From: Macrostomum lignano
Lineage: Eukaryota
DNA length: 64,000 bases
Assembly: GCA_002269645.1 (NCBI GenBank)
Contig: NIVC01001158.1
Coordinates: forward strand, 1 to 64,000
Direction of reading: 5' to 3'
A program made the translations under genes and the position numbers. Each line of letters opens with the position of its first letter. Positions within the stretch are counted from its first letter, which is position 1. Shown one piece after another: positions 1 through 12,619 of the stretch. Below the pieces are notes generated by a model. The model saw only the letters and a list, made by a program, of their open reading frames with translations. It had not been told where the DNA came from and made no database searches.

Positions 1-410
1 CGCAAACGAGCGGATGCCACTACACAGTTCGACCGATAGGTTAGAGGAGAGTTTTTGTAAATTTCTTGGAGGGCAGCTGCAACTGCTTCTGACTTCTTCG
101 TCTTGAGTGGGCGAGCTTCCTTATATCTGGAGGCAATGTCAATGAAAGTCAAAGCATACTTGAACCTTGAGTCATTGGGCATAAAGAGTAAATCTGCCTG
201 ATGCACCTGATTCGGTTTATAAATACTGAAATGGGGCCTTTCAAATTTTACTGGTGGGAAATAGACTTGGTAGAGTGCTTGCTTGAATAGCCATCTTTCA
301 ACTGTTTGTTTTGATTCATTACTTAGTTCTGCGAGTTTGGTGACAGCATTTTTTTTCTACAAAGAATACTTTGTCGCTGTAGTAGAGCTTTTGAGGTTTC
401 TGCCCTGTAA
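1..410 (-). pseudogene. Polinton-type rve integrase, N-terminal part (frameshifted; runs off the window start)
   Basis: Minus-strand translation reads ...ERWLFKQALYQVYFPPVKFERPHFSIYKPNQVHQADLLFMPNDSRFKYALTFIDIASRYKEARPLKTKKSEAVAAAL, i.e. the HQADL..M...YKY.LT.ID..SRY first catalytic Asp region. Close paralog at 24430-24947. Confidence 0.85.
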
Positions 411-434
411 TTTTTTAAGAAAATTTTTAATAAA

Positions 435-902
435 ATGCAACGCTCTGGTGGTAACTTAAATTCACATGGACTGATAGAAAAGCTTCCTCATCCAAACAAA
501 GGCTGGACAATTCCTGGCTACAAATATTGCGGGCCTTTGAATCCGCTTGAAATTCAGTTAGATAAAAACAATAATCCAAATCCTGGGCATGACATGAGCC
601 TGTGAACGAGCTAGACTCTGTCTGCATGTGGCACGACATTAAGTACACTGTATAGGGATTTTCCTGAGGAGAAGAATCGCTGGGACAAAGAAATACTTAG
701 GAGATTAGACAATATGGGGACTTCAAGGGGGTGGAGGAATCGATCGCTCGGAAGCTAGTTAAAGCTGTTATTATTGGAAAGACAAAGTTGGGGTTGGGGA
801 TTGGCGGCTGTTTGGGAGAAGGGGCGGGTTTTGTATTGCATGCGCCAAGTGAAGAACTAGGAAGACTGCTGAAAGAGCTGGGGGTTGAGAGAACAGAATG
901 AT
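435..902 (+). pseudogene. Parvovirus-VP1u-like phospholipase A2 domain protein of a Polinton/adintovirus (frameshifted), intron-free copy 1
   Basis: MQRSGGNLNSHGLIEKLPHPNKGWTIPGYKYCGPLNPL (Ca-binding loop), then after a frameshift EPVNELDSVCMWHDIKY (catalytic HD) and a C-terminal IARKLVKAVIIGKTKLGLG. Head-to-head with the integrase. Confidence 0.85.
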
Positions 903-1648
903 TAAAGCAAGAAAATTCAGCTCATTTTTTTGAATTGGCGGGTGTTTGGGAGAAGAGTTAAGTTTTCTGGCCTTCTGGCCTTCGCTTCTATTCTCTCCAC
1001 ACAAGTGTACAGTCTTGAGCACACTGGTTTCGGCTAAAATCTCTCTTTCCACCATGCTTCTCCTTCATGCTCCTCACCTCATCACCCTATGCTCTGTGTA
1101 CAGAGAATTCTCACCCCTCACTTTCTATCGTACACTGAGCTATATCGATTGTTTTTTCCCTGCTTGACTCCAAGATTGTAGTCTAGAATTTTCTGGAATT
1201 TTCTAATGGGAGAGGGGCATTCTAATTGTATTGCATGCTCCTAATAAAGAACTAGGAAGACTGCTGAAATAGCTGGGGGTTGAGAGAGCAGTATTGCGCG
1301 CGCCCAGTAAAGAAATAGGCAGACTGCTGAAAGAAATAGGAGAAATAGGAGAAATTGTTTCTAGCGGACGCTCGAATTCGCATAGTATCTTCGTAAGTAA
1401 ATCCTGATTTACTTTAAACCATTTTCTGTAACTTTCAGTTACTTTTTAATTCTAAACTATTTAAAACACTCTACTTATATATATTTGTAGACAAAATGTT
1501 TAATGCAACTACAGCCAGAATCACCATGGAAGATCTGACAGGTTTTATCGATTTCATCGATCAATTTTTTGTTGAAGAGCATAAGGATAACGTTAAAGAC
1601 ATGGTTTGAGAACTTTGGGCAAGATTATCTGAAGATGAAGAAAGGCAT

Positions 1649-2218
1649 ATGCGAGTCAGTGAAGAAATGAAAATACGGAAGATAAAGGAGAGAGCCACGG
1701 ATGTATTTCATAAACTTCGAAGTTCGCTTCAATATGAGAACGAGCAAGCGGCTCAGGCAGAGGTTATTAGTGAGGGGGAGTTAGAAGCCATCTGCAACGA
1801 CATCACACGCCGAGGTCCTGTTGACAATGGGGTGCCGGAACTGCATGAAAACCTGGTTAAGCAGGACCAAATATTCAACCAGCGAACTTGGGTGGCAGTA
1901 TTTTTTCTTAGAAAAGTGCATGACCAATTTATTACAAGGCATCAGCAGACATTAAAAAGCTTGGCAGAACTGTTCAGCGTGAGTTACTTCCACGTGCAAT
2001 CCCGCCATAACATCTATACTCTGGTGACCGAGCTTCCGCGGCTCCGCTTTTGCTCTGTTTCGGCTACATTACTGCATGACAACTCAAAGACGATTCGGAG
2101 CGAAAGGTTGTGGCAATCGGATGCAGCAGATTGGCTAGATCCGACTCCCCCAACAAGACCTCCATCAGCGGCTGAACTTCAGGGCCTTCTCGATGATTAC
2201 TGTGAGTTATCTGTGTGA
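1649..2218 (+). CDS. Hypothetical Polinton-associated protein
   Basis: 189-aa ORF. The C-terminal YTLVTELPRLRFCSV resembles YDLLTEFPALQRCTV in the ORF at 25955-26260, which occupies the same position downstream of PLA2. Confidence 0.5.
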   Translation: MRVSEEMKIRKIKERATDVFHKLRSSLQYENEQAAQAEVISEGELEAICNDITRRGPVDNGVPELHENLVKQDQIFNQRTWVAVFFLRKVHDQFITRHQQTLKSLAELFSVSYFHVQSRHNIYTLVTELPRLRFCSVSATLLHDNSKTIRSERLWQSDAADWLDPTPPTRPPSAAELQGLLDDYCELSV

Positions 2219-2220
2219 AG

Positions 2221-2405
2221 TGACGGAAAAACCGTGTGTATTATTGGCCCACCCAATATGTGTGTGAAATGAAGGAAAAACAGTGTGTATTATTGGTAGA
2301 CCCAATATGTGTGAGGCGGTGGAAAAACCGTGTGTATTATTGGCCCACCCAATATGCGTGAAGTGAAGGAAAAACCGTGTGTATTATTAGGCAGGCCAAT
2401 ATGTA
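2221..2405. repeat. Tandem repeat, ~50-bp unit, ~4 copies
   Basis: Unit core GAAAAACCGTGTGTATTATTGGCCCACCCAATATGTGTG recurs four times. Confidence 0.85.
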
Positions 2406-2744
2406 TGCTGCGCTCTCCCCTCTGCCTCTCTTTTATAAAACTATAGTACTCTAATGTGAATACTACCACTCAACTTTTCGCTGCATATGATGAAGCTGGC
2501 CAGCCTGCTGGTGATGGAGAAGGTCAAGCAGCTATGGATGAAGCCGATCTTCAGAACAACTGAGCTCTTTTGAACAACTGAGCATTGTTAACATGGACTT
2601 ATAGTCGTTAATCTAAAGACACTATGGTTGTAATTTTTAAGCCTTTTCTAACTTCAAAGCCTGCTTAATTATTAAAATAAATGATAACTGAATCAAGATA
2701 ATCTGGTTATTTTGTTAATTGGAATCTTGACACATGTCTAGCAG

Positions 2745-3060
2745 TTTTAACCTACTGCTAGTAGAAGTAGTAGTCCAGAGTGAATATTTTTAGCGACAGA
2801 AAATTCCAATTTACCAAGCTTCGTAAACTCTTTAATGAAAAAGCAGAAAATGCTAAAATATATTTTAACCTACTGCTAGTAGAAGTAGTAGTTCAGAGTG
2901 AATATTTTTAGCGACAGAAAATTTCAATTTACGAAGTTTTGTAAACTCTAATAAAAAAGCAGAAAATGCTAAAATACATTTTTAACCTACTGCTAGTAGA
3001 AGTAGTAGTTCAGAGTGAATATTTTTAGCGACAGAAAATTTCAACTCACGATACTTCGTA
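2745..3060. repeat. Tandem repeat, ~120-bp unit, ~3 copies
   Basis: TTTTAACCTACTGCTAGTAGAAGTAGTAGTTCAGAGTGAATATTTTTAGCGACAGAAAATTTCAA recurs at ~2745, ~2865 and ~2983. Confidence 0.85.
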
Positions 3061-3352
3061 AGCATATAAAAAACAATCAAGATTCAGAAAAAAGATTTTT
3101 TTCGGAGGATGAGCGCCCTCGCTAAAGTCTTAGGGATCTGGTTTCGCGTTGCGAATTGAATGTGGGGAGATAAATGCAGATTATTTTTCGATTGTTTCGA
3201 AGATGCTATGGGCGGATGTCAGTGGATTATTTAGGACACCTGTTATGCTTTGATTCTGTCAGGGATAATATGGATGGATTTAGGAGGATTATTTTCGAAT
3301 TTTTCGAAGCAAATTCGACCCCCCTTTTTATGATTGTGTCAGGGATAATATC

Positions 3353-3860
3353 AGTAGTAGTATGATAAAAGGGGCTGCGCCACACTTATTGCTCGGGCGC
3401 ATTGCGCGCCAGCTCGCTGGATGACTCAGCCCCTTATATAACACTACTACTACCAGGAGGTCATTGTTGCAAGGTGTGTGTGATAAGTATAAAAATATAA
3501 ATATTATAGATATATATATATTGTGTGACGGTGTTGAGGGTGGGGGTATGTGGGGGCATTGGCCTGTGGTATATTTCACAGAACACAGATTTTTCAGAAT
3601 TTTTATACTTTTTAAAAAGGAGGGTGCCCTCGCCCTCATGCCCTCACTCATTTTGATAATCGCTAAAAATAAGTGAAAATGAATAAAAATATGGAAAAAT
3701 GGTCTGAAAACAGCGATTTTTGTGATTTTCAAATATTAAAAAAAGTGCAATTTTCACGATTTCGAGAGTAAAACCATGAAAAAAGTTGGATTCACGGGTC
3801 AATTCAATGCAATTTCAGGTATATACAATATGAAAGTGTCATCCAATTTAACGATAGTAA
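3353..3860 (+). mobile_element. Probable Polinton-type terminus (family C, copy 1) beginning AGTAGTAGT with a terminal fold-back
   Basis: AGTAGTAGT at 3353 and an inverted copy ending ACTACTACT at 3451. Downstream sequence is homologous to 8693-8820 and 9340-9660. Confidence 0.6.
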
Positions 3861-5289
3861 ATTAGTAAATTAATATATGTATATAATGGCCTTCAGTAAA
3901 CCATTATTTCTTTCTAAACCATTCAATGGGCAAGCGAAAACTAGTTAACTGCGTATAAGTGCACAATCCAAAGCTTCCGCAGTAAGTCACACTTCTCTAA
4001 ACCTGTGGGTGTTAGAATTATTCATTTTCACCCCTAGTATGTTACATGATATTTTTTTCACTGGCAGTAGTAATCTACCATACAAAATAGCCAGATTGAC
4101 CAACCCCGAGCACTCGCATTCAGTGCCACAATGAAAAAAAATCTAACACAATCCTTGATTATACAGGATTCAGCAGGTTTTAGGAAGTCTATTCTTAGAA
4201 ACACTGGCAGAATTATAATTTTTGCCAGAATGAAATTTTTGCCAGTGACAATATTTTGCCAACCAATAAAAATTACTTGTGAAAACGGAATGAGTGTAGA
4301 TTGGTGCGCGTTTGCATATATAAGTTTTGGCGCAAAGATGGTTTTATCACTATACATAAATAAGTTATTATATAAGGCTGTCATCTAAGAAAAAACGAAA
4401 TGGTAGCCGGGAGACCAACTCTTCGCGCGCAACATCCCTCATACAGAGTTGAAGCCAACACATTTCTAGCCGTTTATATGGATCAGTATTCAAAGACACA
4501 TTTTGTCTTCACAATGACGGCCGAACAATTTCTTCAACGATGTCGAGATAATTTCAACGAGATCAACGCGGATATAGCACTGCTGAAGCTGGCTCAAAAG
4601 CTCATACGAAAAGAGCGCTCTATTGATAGTGTTCATAATCAGCTACAGCAGGAGCAAATACTTGGTAATGCCGCTGCTTTAATTCCAATTAAACCACCAC
4701 CTCCATTTAGTAACTGAGTCAGAGGCCGTGTTTGCTGTGTAGCCAAACTCTTACAAATCTCGCCGCGCTGGGCACGCGTCTATATATTATGGAGTTAGAA
4801 TTGGGGTGGCGGCACCCACCCCACTCCGCAGCCAATCAGACTGCCCGGGCGTACCATACTGTGCGTACGCACACTACACTCTATACGCTCCGCCGCCGCC
4901 GCCACAGCAGGAACCACCACATTCGAGAATTCCCGCGACCAAGACGAACAGGAGGTATAGAGGAGCCAATGAATCAGGATTCATAATTCTTCATCAAGAT
5001 TCATTATAGTGACTGAATCGCTTTGAATTATATCCAAGAACGCATCTTTTTAAAATATAGCAGAACATTGTGCTAGTGTCTGACTAATTTTACTTGATAG
5101 AGTAAAATGCACACCATCTATTTGAATAAACGGCGCCCAGCGTGCTCCACCAGATCCGCTCAGGCTGAGTCAGCCCTCTTTTGTGTCTTAAGAGTCTTTT
5201 GCATTCCTGTCTTACTCATTGACCACTACTGGGCTCGCGAGCACGAATTTTTCTACCCCCTAAAATAGAAGCTGAAATGAATATAACAA

Positions 5290-5536
5290 AAGAACAATAT
5301 GGCAGACTTGGGTATAGAGACGAAAATACACGAGGAGAGGGTTTTGCATCTTTGCTAGGCAAGTAGGAAACTTAGTAAAAGACAACCAACCTCTAATTGC
5401 ACAAGCAGGAGCAGCAGCAGGTTCTATAGCTACCGCTGTGAAAGGAGAAATTGACGCAGCAAAAGCAGCCGAAGAATTAAAAAAGCTGAAAGGCTACAAC
5501 GAACCCCTAGAGATGTTGAAAGTTATACAAGCGTAA
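5290..5536 (+). pseudogene. Ala/Gly-rich amphipathic virion-type protein fragment
   Basis: GEG...PLIAQAGAAAGSIATAVKGEIDAAKAAEELKKLK; clear homolog at 29965-30340. Confidence 0.5.
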
Positions 5537-6052
5537 AGGGCTTAAAGCAACACCAAAGGAAGAAGAGAAGGCTCAGTCAACTACTAAATGTAACAATCTG
5601 GGGGTAAGTCCACTATATTCAGAAATTTGTAAACACACTACAGCCGATTCGATAAGTCTGCATTTACATATTCTCAGCATGAGGTCTGTTGTTGGTAACG
5701 GGTTCACTTCCACTTGAATCAGATTGTGACTTAAATTTTCCTAGAAAAAATGGAAGCTAATAGCCCAAATGTACGAAATGCTCTATCACAAAAGTACTAT
5801 GATTATATTAAATCATTTTCTCAAATAAAAACACCACTCGAAAGGCTCGACGAATTGAAGAAATTGATAAGCTTACGATGAATATAAAGCAGAAATATTA
5901 AAACACACCGATTTTAAATGCCCCCATATTTGTATTCATTAGAGTATATCTTGCACATGTTGATAAATGGGCATCGACTTTGAGACAGCACAAAGGGAAT
6001 GATGAATTTTTCGTCATGCTGAAATTGAACATTTTCAAACTCCCCATAACCC

Positions 6053-6912
6053 TTGAGAAGTACATTGCAACTGATGAATTATATTGTTAAATTTATTTTT
6101 AATAAAATGGAAGGAAAAAATCAAAACGATTTAAGTTTCTCTCCTGTGATCGTACAGGATCCCCTTCAAAACCATGATGCCCCACCACCAAGGTTGAGAA
6201 ATTTAAAACAAACAAAATTGTACGATAAACTAATTAATCTCTATGGAGAACTTAATTTTAGATTCGGAAGTTGCAGTATAACATGGAATAGTAAAACAAA
6301 GAAAAAAATACCGTCAGGAATGCCAACCAAAGCAGATAGGAATTCAACCTCCCCACCATTTCGACCAGAGGTAGACAACATGATTTGGATAGATACTCGA
6401 AATTCAAATATAACCGTAATCGATATTGATGATGCTGACCTATGCCCTGAGTTGAATGAACTGTGTATGACTCATTGTGATTGGATTGTTCAGACAAACA
6501 AGGGTCACCACTTTTACTTTAACAAGGTAGATAGATAAAAAAAAATTCAACAAAGAGTGGGTTTTGATATTCCGGCTTTAGTATTTGCTCCACCAGGTTT
6601 CTATTATGTGAATGGTAAAATTAAGGAATACAAACATATAAAGCCCGAAGGCTTAATAGACATGCCAGATGTAATTCTTGATGAGATAAATAGATTAATT
6701 AAGCCACAGGATAAAACGGAAAACCAAGAATCCGATAAAAAGGCACTAAAAAGCGACGTTCCACCACCCACTTGTGAAGGAGTTTCAAAGTTGTTAAATA
6801 TAATGCACACAAAAACCAAGACCAAGACTATGATTCTTGGTACAAGGTAGCACTCATACTCCGCGACATAGACAGTGGTGATGAAATGTACAAAGTATTC
6901 ACTGAAAAGTAA
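6053..6912 (+). pseudogene. Bifunctional primase-polymerase (Prim-Pol) domain plus PriCT-2-like segment, disrupted
   Basis: IDTRNSNITVIDIDD (DxD), VQTNKGHHFYF (T..G.H.YF), GFDIPALVFAPPGFY, then in a shifted frame DSWYKVALILRDIDSGDEMYKVF. Contains a stop and frameshifts. Confidence 0.7.
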
Positions 6913-7273
6913 ACTATGAAAAGTTCGATTCTGAGTCATGTAAAAAGGCGTGGAATAGCACCAGTACCAGCTCCGCTGATCGAGAGGACAGACTTACTAT
7001 CGATGGAGCTCCAGACTCACCGATGGAGACTGTTGCCTCGCCGCTACGCCTTAACCGGCTGGTGCCATCTGATAGCGGCGATGCAGTGGTGCAGCAAGCC
7101 GGGGGCTTGCGCCTGATAGGAGCCAGCGCGGCAAAACAGGCGCGCAGTTCAAAGGATGGAGCGACCCCGTAGGGCACCCACCAAACTCGCGAAAACGTGG
7201 TAGAAGAGGAGGGCGATTTTGCGGCCCGGCGGGCAAGCAGCTCTTTATTAAGCTGCGCCGCGCTGCTGCCCAG

Positions 7274-7683
7274 GTGGCTACGGTCACCCCGTTACATGCT
7301 CGTAACGTCAGGCCGCCAGGACCTTGCCCAGAGGCTAGGGCAAAGGCGCCGCCGTCGTGGCCGATTAGTCGCGCCTCCTCGATGGAGGATTTAGCCGCGT
7401 GGATAAGAGAGCGGCAGGCGATTGAAATCGCCGACATCATCTATTGGCCGGCGTGCGCGGGAATATCTTCGAGGGGTTGCCACCGGACTTGTCGGCGCAG
7501 CTCCGGGCTGAGGACCGGCTGTATCGGGTCAGCCTCTTTGAATGAGCCACCAGCCTGGCCGCTGAAAAGCTATCGGGCGGACTGTTCAACCGGCAGGCGG
7601 CCGGATCAGTGGCCCACAGAATTGCCGCCGAGCAAGGTTACCAGGGCCTGCCACCTTTGCTTAAAGCCGAGCTGCGGGAATAG
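7274..7683 (+). pseudogene. Orphan ORF family, copy 1 (frameshift plus TGA)
   Basis: DLAAWIRERQAIEIADI / LLAGVRGNIFEGLPPDLSAQLRAEDRLYRVSLFE*ATSLA aligns with the intact ORF at 18402-18959. Confidence 0.6.
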
Positions 7684-8692
7684 AACTTTGAAGGCAATTT
7701 AACTGACGGTGCAATTTAACAACTATTACAATTTCAGGAACGCATTAACCTTTTCTTTTATTCAATCTAATTTTTCCTCTATGCATTTCTCTTGTTACTT
7801 TACTTATTGTCGCCGTGACAGGCCACTTAGGTCTCAAATTAGGCATTGTAGCCATTATTTTTCAGGGTATAGCAATCTCAACCTTCAGGGCAATCTATTG
7901 TTTTAAACTATGCTCAATCTCGTAACCAATTTATACTCTATTTATACGCGTGCCAAATAGTAATTATCATTCTTCGAACTTCGAACTTCAAGAGTGAGAG
8001 TGATTGTGCCGTCGCAGCACACGTGCGCGATTCCACTACGGGCCTGAGCTCGGCCGTAGGCTCGTGGCTCCGGAAAAATGTAGCTAGGCAATTAAAATCA
8101 GTGTATTGTGTTCTATCCATCCTTTGCTGTCGTAGACAGAAGGTAGTGGATAAACAACAAAAACATCCGCTATATGCTGCTTCAGGCGCATAGACCTATC
8201 CTCGCCACCCATCTGCGTGAGACTAGTTAGCATCAAGGTTATCAGGAGTTAGGAGTCCTCTGACAGCAAAACTCAGACACGCTCAAGCACTGACCATTTT
8301 AGTCAGTGCCAGGACTGCGCCGCTTAGGCCATTTGGTACCATTGACTCCTGTTATCTTGACATTGAAATCTCTGAGACTAGTTTTTATAGCGTTATTTAT
8401 TTGCGTGGAACCCAAACAAACCCCTTCATTGCGGATCCTACGGTACCTAGGCTGGTGGCAGCACTACCGTTAATTTTAGACTTTTCCCCAGTCTCAGTCC
8501 CCATACACGTGCTAGGTAAGGTTGCTTCAGGCATCAGCAGTACCTGTCAAAAACCCGCCACAGTAGTGAGAGCCAAACCAAAAAGCACAATACTGGTGGC
8601 AGCGTTGAGACTCACGGCAATATCAACACTGCCCATATGAGCAAACAAAACCTAAACCACGTCACATGGAAAAGGCTAGGAAAGAAGAGAAG

Positions 8693-9660
8693 AGTAGTAC
8701 ATGATGTAAGGGGAGGAGCCACATTGATCGCTCGGGCGCAGTTCGCTCCATTCGCAGATGACTCATCCCCTTACATCATGCTACTACTACCAGGAAGTCG
8801 CAGTTGCAAGTGGGTGGGGGGATAAATATTGTGTGTGTGAATATATACTGTATATATTGTTGTGAATATACACAACATGTGAATATAAATATATAAATAA
8901 TATATAAATATATAAATATAATCAACAATACAAATATACTAATATAATATAAATACAATAAATATAATACAATATAAATACAATAAAAATATATATTGCA
9001 ACTGTATTGTACTGCAACTCAATTTCACATATCTTTAGTGATTTTTAAATGAGTGAGGGCATGAAAGCGAGGGAACGCTTCTTTTTTTGAAAGTATAAAA
9101 ATTCTGAAAAAATCTGTGTTTTGCATGCTCTCACCCTCAACACCCTCACAATATATACATATATATATATACATACAATATACATACAATACATACAATA
9201 TATACATACAATATACATACAATACAGGGTGTTGAGGGTGAGGGAATGCGAAACACAGATTTTTTTCACAGATATTGTATCCATACGAGCTATATATATA
9301 CGACATATATATTTATATTTATTATATTTAGTATATTTATATATATATATTGAGGGTGTTGAGGGTGAGGGCATGCGAAACACAGATTTTTTCAGAATTT
9401 TTATACTTTCAAAAAAGAAGCGTTCCCTCGCTTCATGCCCTCACTCATTTAAAAATCACTAAAGATATGTGAAATTGACTAAAAACACGTGAAAATGGTC
9501 TGAAAACAGTGATTTTTTGTGATTTTCAAATATTATAAAAAGTGCAATTTTCGAGAGTTCGTGAGTAAAACCATGAGAAATGTGTGGTTTAGGGGGTTAA
9601 TATAATCTATTTTCAAGAATAAACAATATGAAAGTGTCAACCAATTTAACGATAGTAACC
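8693..9660 (+). mobile_element. Probable Polinton-type terminus (family C, copy 2) with terminal fold-back and internal inversion
   Basis: AGTAGT at 8693; CATGATGTAAGGGG / CCCCTTACATCATG perfect 14-bp inverted repeat; homologous to 3353-3860. Also 10313-10380 matches 5890-5960. Confidence 0.6.
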
Positions 9661-12619
9661 CCAACAGAAGTTACAATTTATTCGTTAACAATGAAAAGCT
9701 AAAACATTAATAAACTTCTGATGCAGATTTTTGCACAATAGAATTTCTTCTGAATTTCAAAAAAATTCTCTTTTACCCTGTGCGACTGAATGTATTCGAA
9801 TTGTAGACATTGTTGTCACGATGACTAAGAATCATGGCTTCTTTCATATCACTTTACTTTCTATATATCCATCACCCTCTGTCTTCTATACTCTATGACT
9901 CACTCAAAAAGCCTCCAGCATCATGCAAAGAATTAAAGGTTTAGATTAGCTGCGAACAGCCATTTATCAACCCACTTCAAGAAGATTCTGGAATGTGTTT
10001 ATTTAAATCTTTGCTGCCTTGAGAATCTGGCTCTTCATTTTCTAGTTTCCGCCTTCTTTAGCAAATATTTTATTTCGCAGTGCTTGAAATGGCTGATAAA
10101 GAAATATGGTCTATAATGACACATTTGAAGAATTTAACTAAGAAGACTGAGACTTCGCTCACGCTTCTCCTAAACGATCTTCGGAAAGATGATCGTGAGT
10201 ATTTCAAGAAGACACTAGACACTCTCGTTCTGAAAGCAAGTGACAAGAATGGAGATGGCGATTCGGAATCCGGCGGAAACAAGAAGTCCTCTTTTTTCCG
10301 GCGGAAAGAAGAAATATTAAAATACACCGATTGTAAACGCCCCCCATATTTGTATTCATTCAGAGTATATCTTGCAAAAGTAGTATGCGAAAGGGGCTAT
10401 ATAGGACAAAAATTATCGCAGCCTCCATAATGCACCAACGATTAACTTCATTCTTCCCGAAGAGATCAGGAAAATAGGGTACCTGCCTGTGACGTTGTCA
10501 GTTTAAAGTGGTCCCGCAAAAGGGCCGTTGGACTACAATTTCTCATTTAACATTCTCCAATCTTGTATGCGCACGTTTACTTGTAGTAGCGCCCAACGAA
10601 TCTGTATCAATTGCTAATCATTGCGTACATTGTAATCTTTGCGTACGTCTGTAGGGTCTTCGCGCGATCGATACTTTTTGTTTTTGCTTTTCCACCGCCA
10701 GCCAATGGAAACTCCGCGCATATATTATGCTAACCCTCCTGCGCTCCTTTATTAACCCCGCCTGGCGGCGGGCTAGGGGTTTTCTCTTTTCTCCCCCCTC
10801 TCCTTCCTTCCTTCACTCCTCTCCTCGGCTTGCGCGCTCTGGCTCTCAGTTTGTTATCTCCTTATCTCTCGCCACGGCCCCGCTCCGTCTGGGCCAGACT
10901 TGTTTATGCCTTCTTTTCTCTCTCTGTCTCACTCCACCGCGGGCTAGCCTTACCTTCGCTAGGCCCTGCTACGCTGCCTTCCTACCTGCCAGTTTGCCAC
11001 CGAAGACTGCCATCACTGTCTACTCACCGCCATCGCTCTACTATTTGCATCACCTTCATCAATCTGCTCATCATCCTACTTAATCTATTAAATTCAAACC
11101 CATTGTTGCAGTCGCCAGCGCCCCCGCGTGCCATAGCCTCTGTACTAACTTATATTTACAATTACAATAAACAAGCTGCGGCCCTTATTTATCTTGCCGC
11201 TGAATTGCCAAGTGCTACCGCTAGAAATCTACTCCGCCATTGTTGAGTTCACCATCTTTTTTGGAACCTACAACTAAGAACGTCACATGCCTCTCCAAAA
11301 AATCTGTCTCCATATTCTAAATTCTGTACTTTTATTATTCCAGATCAGTTTGTGAGTTGCGTTCTGTGAGCATAGTATTCTAGGACAAAAAATATCACAG
11401 CCTCAAAAATAACTTTATTATTCCCGCAAAAAGGGTACCTGCCTCTAAAAAAATTATTCTAACTTCTACTTTTATTATCAAAAATTTACGCAGTATAGCA
11501 CAAAATATTAGTCTCATAAGGAGCCTCCCAGCCTTGCAAAAAGTGTGCTAAGACAATCAAATTAGCGCCAATCCCCAAACTCAATAGAGTGCTCATCCTC
11601 CGCAAAAAAATAAATTCTCAATAAAAATGCTTCAATCGTCTCTCCAGGTTCTTATTATAAGGCGCGCGAGCCTAATTACAAGAGTAAGTACCGATGCAAA
11701 CTAGAATGCAGCGAGTACATGAGGAAATATTGGCCCGACTACACAATAAATGTCCCTAATGTTAATCTAGCTCTCCAAAGACACTGGTTTCTCAAGTATG
11801 GAGTCACCTACGTAAAAGATTACGACAGCTACTATAACTTTGCAGAAATCATTAGGCAATTGTAGAATGTCGTTACAATACGCTTAAGACTTAGACTGCA
11901 TTAAAATAGATATTTTTACGCGTGGTATTTTGCTGTGTGGCGGGTGGGTGTTGATCGGAATAGGTATGGCAGCTGTTTCTTGTCATAGCGCGAGCGGCGA
12001 TGGTAGCCACTCCCGGTTGGCTCTACCCCTCCCCCCAAATATGCTATTAAAACGAACGTGTTGAATAGCTGCATGATTACTCCACCATAGTCAAACCGGA
12101 ACTTTCTTCTTCAAAAGAGACAAGAATTGCAACGATTGCCGAACTGGCGGTCTCGCTGTCATCTAAAGAAAGGTCGGCAATGAGAAGCAGACTGAGCAGC
12201 TGGAAAGAAGAGTTGGTAAGGTTCCAGGCGAGCTTGGAAGAGCTTGAATTGATTCCGGATAAGAAGAGGGCGCTTCCCAAGAAAAAGGAAGAGAGCGAGC
12301 GAGAGAGAGAGTTATTGCAAGGATATACGCGAAGCTGGAAGAGAATGAGAGTCGCGGTGTAAAGTTGTCTCTGGGTGCAATTTCCGAGGGTCTCAACTTG
12401 ATCGCCATGAATTTGAATGGAACGACAAAGGTAGACTTGGATACGAGGTTTAAGAAGCTGACCTATTCTATCGAGAATCTGTCAACTGCGAAGGCCCTGA
12501 TGCAGTTTGAGCAGGGGCACTTAATTGCGTCATTGTTATTTTCAGAAGCTGTAAGAATAAAATCAGGATTAGATGTATATGATATAAGTGGCGTGTCAAA
12601 AATATAATCATCAGTTACA

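Noticed and set aside
435-902. PLA2 genes as endogenous parvovirus VP1
   Set aside because: No NS1/Rep or parvoviral capsid nearby; each PLA2 is adjacent to a Polinton-type rve integrase.
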